Shown piece after piece: positions 26,882 to 34,134 of a DNA stretch of 64,000 nt. Each line of letters opens with the position of its first letter. Position 1 is the stretch's first letter. Source of the DNA: Marinilabiliaceae bacterium (lineage in GTDB: Bacteria > Bacteroidota > Bacteroidia > Bacteroidales > VadinHA17); the NCBI GenBank assembly GCA_036350795.1, contig JAZBNV010000137.1, forward strand, positions 24,302-88,301, in the 5' to 3' direction. The notes below the pieces were generated by a model. That model was not told where the DNA came from, ran no database searches, and saw only the letters and a list, made by a program, of their open reading frames with translations. Made by a program: the position numbers and the translations under genes.

Positions 26882-27688
26882 TTATATTCCGGCTTCCCGG
26901 CAGTGCGAAGGAATTATCCTTAAACCAGGCCTGGCAACATTAAGTTTATTTAGCATATCCAGGGTTCTGCTCATTATAGTGTAGTTATCAACAAACAATG
27001 ATGTGATCCTTGAAGGATATATCTTCTCCCTTATTGATCTCATCGACCATGCGGCATCACCACACAATAGCACTTCACCTTTGTCAGTATCAGAAAGATA
27101 CAGACCTATCTGCCCCCTGAAGTGACCTGGCAGATCAACAAAAAACAGATCATCATCCCATTTCCAGGAAGTAAAACCAAGAATACTTTCTTCATTAAAC
27201 TCAGCTTCCGGATATTTCGCCCTGTAATAAATATTATCTGGAATCAAAGAATTCAGTATTCCTCTCCTGACCGCTCCAAATCCTTTCTTTCCCAATGCAT
27301 AGTCTAGTCCTTTTTTAGAACACCAGATACCTGAATCCGGAAAATCCAACAAACCTGCAATATGATCACCATGGAAATGAGATATTACGATATAATCAAT
27401 ATCACCGGGTCCAATTCCCATTGTCTGCAGCCTTTTCAGGCATGTCATATCATCATCCAGGAAAACAGGCGTTGCAGCACCATAGATCTTCCCTGGAAAT
27501 TTCTTTGTCTCCACAACAAATCTCTCGCTATAGCCGGTGTCGAAAAGTATTTTCCCTACAACAGGGTGCTCAATTAAAGCCCAGTGTGCATAAAATCTCC
27601 CCCTCCCTGATTCCAAACCAGGAAATACATGTCTCATTCTCGAAACACAATATCCACTTGAGAATATTTCTATCCTGGTTTTACTCAT
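26882..27688 (-). CDS. MBL-fold metallo-hydrolase
   Basis: HxHxDH motif (SHFHGDHIAG), a later CGDAAW motif and a C-terminal His. 268 aa. Confidence 0.85.
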   Translation of the reverse strand: MSKTRIEIFSSGYCVSRMRHVFPGLESGRGRFYAHWALIEHPVVGKILFDTGYSERFVVETKKFPGKIYGAATPVFLDDDMTCLKRLQTMGIGPGDIDYIVISHFHGDHIAGLLDFPDSGIWCSKKGLDYALGKKGFGAVRRGILNSLIPDNIYYRAKYPEAEFNEESILGFTSWKWDDDLFFVDLPGHFRGQIGLYLSDTDKGEVLLCGDAAWSMRSIREKIYPSRITSLFVDNYTIMSRTLDMLNKLNVARPGLRIIPSHCREAGI

Positions 27689-28667
27689 TCTTAAGATATT
27701 GCTTTATAAACTCCCCGATACTTTCTTCTGTTGAAATTATTGGTTCATATCCCAGGAGTTTCCTTGCCTGTGATATATCCAGCGTACACGAAAACCTTAG
27801 TAATCCAACACCATAGGAAGTTAACACGGGCTCTTCCTTTAGTATTAATCTATTTATTAGCTCATAAAACCCGGCAATTATCTTTACCGGTCTGTATGGC
27901 ACCCTTTTAAGTTTACTGTCCAAACCTAACTTGTTGAGAGTATCTTCGATCATACTCCACATCGGAAGAGCCTGGCCGTCAGTTATATTAAATATTTTTC
28001 CGTCAATATCATTATCAGTTGTTAAAGCCAGATATGCGGCATGGGCAACATTTTTTACAGAAGAAAAATCCGATATATTAGATCCCGGTCCTATAATTCT
28101 TAGCTTGCCAGCTTTATAAGCTTTAATTAACCTGGGAATAATAACTGTATCTCCTGCACCAACTATTGCCCTGGGCCTAAGAACAGTTTTTACCATTCCG
28201 GGCTTTACAAAATTCAGGACTTCTTTTTCGGCCATATATTTTGTTGCGGTATAATGATTCACAAACCTGGAAGGAAGTTTACTGTCTTCACTTATCATAT
28301 ATTTATCCTTATATTCAAAATATATACTCGGAGTAGATATATATACAAAGCTCTTAAGATCTTTAATATATTCTAACAGGTTTAAGGTTGCGACAACATT
28401 ATCCTGATAAAAATCTTCATATTTACCCCACAGAGAAGATTTTGCCGCGCAATGTACCAGGCAATCAATATTTTTAAATTGCGACTTAACAAAATCAACA
28501 CTACATAAATCTCCAGGATAAATATTATATCCTTCAGCCCGTAAGATCTCAGATTGTACAATATTTCTTCCTGTACCGATAATGTTACCAATCCCAAATC
28601 TTTTCGCTAACATTTTAAGCATATTGCCTCCCAGGAATCCGGTTGCTCCGGTAACAAGTATTCTCAT
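27681..28667 (-). CDS. extended SDR, 3-beta-hydroxysteroid dehydrogenase / epimerase-like
   Basis: MRILVTGATGFLGG (TGxxGxxG) and YTATK (YxxxK). 328 aa. Confidence 0.85.
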   Translation of the reverse strand: MRILVTGATGFLGGNMLKMLAKRFGIGNIIGTGRNIVQSEILRAEGYNIYPGDLCSVDFVKSQFKNIDCLVHCAAKSSLWGKYEDFYQDNVVATLNLLEYIKDLKSFVYISTPSIYFEYKDKYMISEDSKLPSRFVNHYTATKYMAEKEVLNFVKPGMVKTVLRPRAIVGAGDTVIIPRLIKAYKAGKLRIIGPGSNISDFSSVKNVAHAAYLALTTDNDIDGKIFNITDGQALPMWSMIEDTLNKLGLDSKLKRVPYRPVKIIAGFYELINRLILKEEPVLTSYGVGLLRFSCTLDISQARKLLGYEPIISTEESIGEFIKQYLKNE

Positions 28668-28789
28668 TGATTATAAGGATTGTCCAGATATTAACTGATG
28701 TCAATTAAATAATTATGCTGTCCTCCAAATATCTTCAGCCTCTTACTAATATACGAAATATTTTAAAGCCCTTCTTTGAATACTGTGTA

Positions 28790-30091
28790 CTATACAGTAC
28801 CACAAATCATCCCGACAGCGCATGTATTATAGCTCTCAGGATCAATAAGAATAAAAGCTCCGGTAGTCCTGTTATTTTTGTATAAATCAAAAAATAACTG
28901 CCTGTTAGTGCATACTTTAACAAGGCCAATATCATTCAGACCAAATGAGTCAGCCTTTTGCATTTCAAGCTTATTTATGTCCAGTCGTTGATCCACCTCT
29001 ATCTTACTTGTTTTACAAACAGTACTCAGGTGCTTGAATAGATATGAAACCCCTTCCCTTAGCGGCAGATCATCCAGCCAGACCATTGTTGACCAAAACG
29101 CAGTTCCGGACTCCGGGAGACTGCCGGGGTCAACCAGAAGTGACCCTCTTTCAAGTTCGATACTATTCCCAAGCTTAAGTGCCACAGTCTGGCCGGCAAA
29201 TGCAAATTCTTGCTCAGAATTGTTTCTTATAATGGCATCAATTTTTACAGGTTCTTTACCCGGCAATACAAGCAAATTATCTCCTTTCTCAATTGTTCCA
29301 GATGCTATACTGAGACAGTAATATTTAAGCTTATCAGCCTCATTTATTATATATTGCACAGGCATCCTGAGATCATGATAGTTTTTATTATCTCTTACCG
29401 GAACTGTCTCCAGGTATCCAAGCAGGCTATTTCCCTTATACCAGGCCATTTTTTCTGTAGACTGAACCACGTTTTCTCCTTTCAGTGCTGATATGGGAAC
29501 ATATTGAACATCCGGAATGTGAAGATCTTCAATTATTCTATCAAAATCATGGCATATACTCTTATACACTTTCTCATCATAAGCAACAAGATCCATCTTA
29601 TTTACTGCCAGGATAATATGCCTGATACCAATTAGAGATACAAGGTATGCATGTCTCTTTGTCTGGCTGCAAATTCCTCTTGTAGCATCTACCAGTAATA
29701 CTGCAAGGTTTGCAGTTGATGCGCCTGTTATCATATTCCTGGTATACCTGTAGTGACCCGGAGTATCTGCAATTATAAATTTTCGCTTGTTTGTAGAAAA
29801 ATACCTGTATGCTACATCTATAGTTATACCAAGGTCCCGTTCATCTTTCAGTCCGTCTGTAACAAAAGAGAAATCGATCTCACCATTCAGAAAACCATGC
29901 CGTTTACTCTCTTTCTTCAGTGATAAAAGGTGATCTGCATATAGAGCCCGGGTATCATACATCAACCTTCCGATCAGGGTAGATTTTCCATCATCAACAG
30001 ATCCTGCGGTAAGAAATCTTAAAAGATCCTTTTTTTGATCTTCATCAAGATATTCCTTTATTGAATTATGTAATATCGGCATCCCGGCCAC
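28790..30091 (-). CDS. cysN: sulfate adenylyltransferase subunit 1 (GTPase)
   Basis: G1 GSVDDGKSTL, G3 DTPGH and G4 NKMD. EF-Tu-like domains II/III follow. Confidence 0.9.
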   Translation of the reverse strand: MAGMPILHNSIKEYLDEDQKKDLLRFLTAGSVDDGKSTLIGRLMYDTRALYADHLLSLKKESKRHGFLNGEIDFSFVTDGLKDERDLGITIDVAYRYFSTNKRKFIIADTPGHYRYTRNMITGASTANLAVLLVDATRGICSQTKRHAYLVSLIGIRHIILAVNKMDLVAYDEKVYKSICHDFDRIIEDLHIPDVQYVPISALKGENVVQSTEKMAWYKGNSLLGYLETVPVRDNKNYHDLRMPVQYIINEADKLKYYCLSIASGTIEKGDNLLVLPGKEPVKIDAIIRNNSEQEFAFAGQTVALKLGNSIELERGSLLVDPGSLPESGTAFWSTMVWLDDLPLREGVSYLFKHLSTVCKTSKIEVDQRLDINKLEMQKADSFGLNDIGLVKVCTNRQLFFDLYKNNRTTGAFILIDPESYNTCAVGMICGTV

Positions 30092-30106
30092 AGGTTCAAA
30101 TTTGGA

Positions 30107-31033
30107 CTAAAAATATCCTTCTCTTTTCTTCATCTCCATACTTGCCTCCTGGTCAAAATCAATAACCCTGGAAGTCCTTTCAGATTTATTAACAGTAAAC
30201 ATTTCTTCTACAATTTTATCAATCGTATCTGCTTCAGATCTTATCGCTCCGGTTAAGGGATAACAACCAAGGGTTCTGAACCTCACTTTTTGCAACTCTG
30301 CCTTAATCCTGAATTTCTCTGGCATTCGTTCATCATCTGCCAGGATCAGATTTCCATCTATATCTACTACCTCCCTGATCTTTGCGAAGTAGAGGGGGAC
30401 TATGGGGATGCTCTCCATCCTGATATATTGCCAGATGTCAAGCTCAGTCCAGTTACTTAATGGAAAAACCCTTATCGACTCGCCTCTATGAATTTTTGTA
30501 TTGTATATATTCCATAACTCAGGCCTCTGGCAGCCCGGATCCCAGTAATGATTCTTATCGCGAAAAGAAAAAATACGTTCCTTTGCTCTTGATTTCTCCT
30601 CGTCACGCCTTCCTCCTCCAAATACTGCATCAAAACCATAATGATTGAGCCCGTCCAGCAAAGCTTCAGTTTTCATTATATCTGTGTGGATCTTGCTTCC
30701 ATGCGAAAAAGGACCTATACCATTTTCATATCCAATCCTGTTATAATGTACTATCAATTTATGGCCTCTCTCCCTGATGTATCTATCCCTAAACTCTATC
30801 ATCTCTGAGAATTTCCATTTTGAATCAATATGCATCAGGGGAAAGGGTAAGCTGCCCGGATAGAAGGCTTTTTCTGCAAGTTTCAACAATACTGAAGAGT
30901 CTTTACCCATTGAATAAAGCAAAACAGGTCGTTCAAATTCTGCTGTAACTTCTCTTATTATATGAATCGCCTCATCTTCCAAATCCTGAAGATGTGATGT
31001 CTTCACTCTATATCCTGCTTTGATCTCTTTCAT
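30107..31033 (-). CDS. cysD: sulfate adenylyltransferase subunit 2
   Basis: PP-loop [10 protein letters not shown] and an N-terminal [17 protein letters not shown] typical of CysD. I prefer the ATG at 31033; the track start is 31051. Confidence 0.9.
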   Translation of the reverse strand: MKEIKAGYRVKTSHLQDLEDEAIHIIREVTAEFERPVLLYSMGKDSSVLLKLAEKAFYPGSLPFPLMHIDSKWKFSEMIEFRDRYIRERGHKLIVHYNRIGYENGIGPFSHGSKIHTDIMKTEALLDGLNHYGFDAVFGGGRRDEEKSRAKERIFSFRDKNHYWDPGCQRPELWNIYNTKIHRGESIRVFPLSNWTELDIWQYIRMESIPIVPLYFAKIREVVDIDGNLILADDERMPEKFRIKAELQKVRFRTLGCYPLTGAIRSEADTIDKIVEEMFTVNKSERTSRVIDFDQEASMEMKKREGYF

Positions 31034-31568
31034 TATTAGCAATATAGGCAATTATTATCTCAACTGCCTTATCAGCACTAATAATTCTTGTGTCTATCAA
31101 AATATCAGGACGAATGGGTGTTTCGTAAGGTGAATCAATACCGGTAAAATTTGTAATCTCTCCTTGCAGTGCTCTTTTATAAAGCCCTTTGGGATCACGT
31201 TTTATACACTCCTCGAGAGATGTGGAAAGGTATATTTCAATATAATTCCTGCACAATTGCCTTACAAAGGATCTGCCTTCCTCGTAAGGTGAAATAAATG
31301 CCGCAACAACAGAAACATTATGTTTCTCTAATTTACTGGCAAGGTAACCAATCCTTTTAATATGCTCATTCCTGGCTTCCCTGGTAAATCCTGTTGAGGG
31401 GAAAATATCTCTGACCTCATCTCCGTCCAGAAACTCAAGCTCTGTTCCCATCGTCTTAAGCCTGTCTGCAAGTTTGCGGGCAATAGTGGTTTTTCCTGAA
31501 CCCGACAATCCTGTAAACCAATATACTCCGGGCTTATTAACTATACTAATAGGTTTCTGGGTTTCCAT
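31008..31568 (-). CDS. cysC: adenylyl-sulfate (APS) kinase
   Basis: P-loop [20 protein letters not shown] and AFISPY motifs. 186 aa. Confidence 0.9.
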   Translation of the reverse strand: METQKPISIVNKPGVYWFTGLSGSGKTTIARKLADRLKTMGTELEFLDGDEVRDIFPSTGFTREARNEHIKRIGYLASKLEKHNVSVVAAFISPYEEGRSFVRQLCRNYIEIYLSTSLEECIKRDPKGLYKRALQGEITNFTGIDSPYETPIRPDILIDTRIISADKAVEIIIAYIANNERDQSRI

Positions 31569-31601
31569 CTGAAGGGATCTGTCGATACTTTCCAGTGTAT
31601 A

Positions 31602-32003
31602 TTAATTCATTGGTACCCTGCCGGCCTTCTGGTTAAAAAGATCTACTGTTTCGTCCTGCAGCAAAGCCCAGATTGAATAAACACCTTTGGCTGTACCAAT
31701 CGGAACATTAAGACAGTTAAGTGCCGACAGTACAATTACCAGCATCCTGGCCCAGTTCTGGTAATTCAGTACTCCTATTCCTCCTATAATACCCAGGATG
31801 GACGTTACACAAATTAATACCGGAACAAGTACCAGTATTGCTTTCATTATTTCTTCGGCAATATCAATGCCCTCCACAAATGAAAGTGCAAAAGAAAGTG
31901 CAAAGAATACTACAACAGCACCTATAATTCCCAGGATACCAAAACCAATATGCAGTGCACCAACAAAGGTCACATGCTTTTTCATGTTTCTGACTTTTTC
32001 CAT
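31602..32003 (-). CDS. small integral membrane protein (about 4 TM helices), first gene of the cluster transcription unit
   Basis: Hydrophobic segments throughout and a 33-nt gap to cysC. I prefer the ATG at 32003 (MEKVRNMKKH). No family recognised. Confidence 0.5.
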   Translation of the reverse strand: MEKVRNMKKHVTFVGALHIGFGILGIIGAVVVFFALSFALSFVEGIDIAEEIMKAILVLVPVLICVTSILGIIGGIGVLNYQNWARMLVIVLSALNCLNVPIGTAKGVYSIWALLQDETVDLFNQKAGRVPMN

Positions 32004-32149
32004 AATTAATTCTTTTCTTAAAGATATGAAATTCATAAAAATGATGCTTCAATGGGCTAATTAGATCCCATTATTTGAACATTATAATAATTTTCAGGTT
32101 TACCTGATGTCCCTTTAGGGAAATATAGTATTAACCTATCCCAGGATAT

Positions 32150-32725
32150 ATGGAAAACAAGGTATTTAACCCCGACAAGAAGCATTTGCTTGAATCGCCC
32201 GATCGTTACAGGATACTCCCTCCCTTTAAAACACTTAAAGTAATGTGCCTGAAGGAAGATGATATAATGATAGACATTGGTTGCGGTACCGGATATTTTA
32301 CCCTGCCTGCATCAGAGATTACCGGACCCAGGGGAAAGGTAATAGGTGTTGATATATCTGAAGAAATGCTTAACGAGGTAAGGAATAAGATCAATACGCT
32401 CAGCACAAATATCGAGCTCGTACTATCTGACAATGTACAGCTGCCTGTAAAGGATTCTACCGGCACCTTTGTCCTTATTTCAAATGTACTTCACGAAGCA
32501 GAGGATATGATGGTAATGCTTTCTGAGGCCAGGCGTATACTAAAGCCGGGAGGCAGGCTGGCAATAATTGAATGGGAGAAAAGAGAAATGCCAATTGGAC
32601 CGCCAATTGAACATCGTCTGCATCATGATGTAATTATGACCATGGTTACCGAAGCGGGCTTCAGAATGGCAAAAATTTCACCTGCCGGCGAATATCATAT
32701 TGCCGTATCAGCCATAAAGGGCTGA
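32150..32725 (+). CDS. class I SAM-dependent methyltransferase
   Basis: Motif I IDIGCGTGYF and a post-I acidic residue (VIGVDISEEM). 191 aa. Confidence 0.85.
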   Translation: MENKVFNPDKKHLLESPDRYRILPPFKTLKVMCLKEDDIMIDIGCGTGYFTLPASEITGPRGKVIGVDISEEMLNEVRNKINTLSTNIELVLSDNVQLPVKDSTGTFVLISNVLHEAEDMMVMLSEARRILKPGGRLAIIEWEKREMPIGPPIEHRLHHDVIMTMVTEAGFRMAKISPAGEYHIAVSAIKG

Positions 32726-33538
32726 TTATTTCATGTAAACCGGGTTTACCCAGCTTTCATGTTCTGCTTCCCTGCTCTGCGAAGCCCAGGCAATACCTCT
32801 TTTCATTATCTCAAGTGCTTCAGGAACATTGAAATCGGCAGCAACATGACCAAGAGAGGAATAGAATACTCTGCCCCTGCCATAATATTTCTTCCAGACA
32901 ACAGGTACAACATGCCTGTCGATCCATTCAGAATGTTCCTTGCCAAATGTTGTTGTGGCCAGCACCCTGACATTGGGATCTATATGCATAAAATACTGCT
33001 CTGAATGCATATTAAAGTCAGCAATACCCTTAGTAACAGGATCATTATGATCAATAATATTTACCCTGTAATCAATTACCCCGCCCGGATGAGCAACCCA
33101 CTGTCCGCCAACCATAAACTGGTACTCTGTATTATTCCTGAACGAATCTCCGAGGCCGCCATGCCAGCCTGCCAGACCAGCTCCATTTCTTACAGCACTT
33201 AGCAAACCTTTCTCCTGCGCACCTGTAATCTCGCCCATGGTCCATGACTGAATTACCAGGTCAACAGACTGCATCAGGCTCTCATCCAGGTACGAATCGA
33301 GTGTATCAGACACAAAAACTTCGGCACCGGACTCCTTTAACCAGGGTACAAAAATATCGCGGCATTGCTCCGGTTCATGACCTGCCCATCCGCCCCATAC
33401 ATAAAGAATCTTCTTGCCTTCCAATACTCCGGCGCCGGGGCTCATTTTGTTAAAAGTGCCATATACAAAGGGACCAAGCGCCAGTGCTCCCGATAAAACG
33501 GAAGTTTTACGAATAAACTTTCTTCTGTTCATAGGCAA
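32726..33538 (-). CDS. ThuA-domain protein with Tat-type signal
   Basis: The twin-arginine leader MPMNRRKFIRKTSVLSGALA is seen directly. The ThuA assignment rests on recalled family resemblance. Confidence 0.6.
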   Translation of the reverse strand: MPMNRRKFIRKTSVLSGALALGPFVYGTFNKMSPGAGVLEGKKILYVWGGWAGHEPEQCRDIFVPWLKESGAEVFVSDTLDSYLDESLMQSVDLVIQSWTMGEITGAQEKGLLSAVRNGAGLAGWHGGLGDSFRNNTEYQFMVGGQWVAHPGGVIDYRVNIIDHNDPVTKGIADFNMHSEQYFMHIDPNVRVLATTTFGKEHSEWIDRHVVPVVWKKYYGRGRVFYSSLGHVAADFNVPEALEIMKRGIAWASQSREAEHESWVNPVYMK

Positions 33539-33649
33539 CTAATTTACAATAAAAATAGTCTAATAAAAGATTGCGGCTCTAACTTATGTAAATATATTAC
33601 CACGGCAAGACTTTATTATTACCTTTGATTATGCCTTAAACATCATCTT

Positions 33650-33895
33650 ATGAGAAAAAAACTTATATATCTGGCTTCATTTATCCTGCTTGCATCCTTT
33701 CTTCATTCATGCGAGGGACTTGAAAACTGCAAGACCTGCAGGTATAATGTTTATGTTAATGATGTGTGGGTACGTGCCGAACTTGAGGCAGAGTACTGTG
33801 ATGCTGATCTGCTGGCAAGGCAGGCCGCTCCGGATGTTACTGTTGAAGCCCCTCCCGGGACATTTACCGTTACTAAATTTGAATGTGATAACTAA
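33650..33895 (+). CDS. small Cys-rich lipoprotein (paralogue 1)
   Basis: Signal peptide + lipobox FLHSC. The mature region shares NCKxC...EAEYCDAxLxAxQA...EC with the next ORF. Confidence 0.65.
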   Translation: MRKKLIYLASFILLASFLHSCEGLENCKTCRYNVYVNDVWVRAELEAEYCDADLLARQAAPDVTVEAPPGTFTVTKFECDN

Positions 33896-33900
33896 GAGCC

Positions 33901-34134
33901 ATGAAAAGCAAAAAACTCTACCTTTTTATATTGCTTGTATTTATTGCATCGGGCTTAAATTCATGCGAAAATCTACTGGGCAACTGCAAGATATGCCAGT
34001 TAAACCAGTACGAAGGAGACGTACTTATCACCCCGGGACCTGAGGCTGAATACTGCGATGCAGAGCTGATTGCTATCCAGGCAATTAAGGACGAAGTTGA
34101 CGGACCTTATACCTATAAATGGGAGTGCAGGTAA
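33901..34134 (+). CDS. small Cys-rich lipoprotein (paralogue 2)
   Basis: Signal peptide + lipobox GLNSC and the same conserved Cys pattern as 33650-33895. Confidence 0.65.
   Translation: MKSKKLYLFILLVFIASGLNSCENLLGNCKICQLNQYEGDVLITPGPEAEYCDAELIAIQAIKDEVDGPYTYKWECR

Noticed and set aside
22564-28667. Calling the cluster a bona fide oleABCD operon
   Set aside because: The enzyme classes match, but the ANL enzyme is the small PaaK/F390 type, the hydrolase has a Cys elbow, the gene order differs, and extra MBL and sulfotransferase genes are interleaved. Only a class-level analogy is justified.
28790-31568. Reading cysC-cysD-cysN as an ordinary assimilatory sulfate-reduction locus
   Set aside because: No cysH, sulfite reductase or cysteine synthase genes are nearby. 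The genes are co-directional and nearly contiguous with a sulfotransferase-containing cluster. The assimilatory role cannot be fully excluded without the whole genome.
19171-32149. Genomic-island hallmarks (integrase, transposase, flanking tRNA, direct repeats) around the sulfation cluster
   Set aside because: I looked at both boundaries (19171-19267 and 32004-32149) and found none. The lower G+C therefore remains only a weak hint of horizontal origin.
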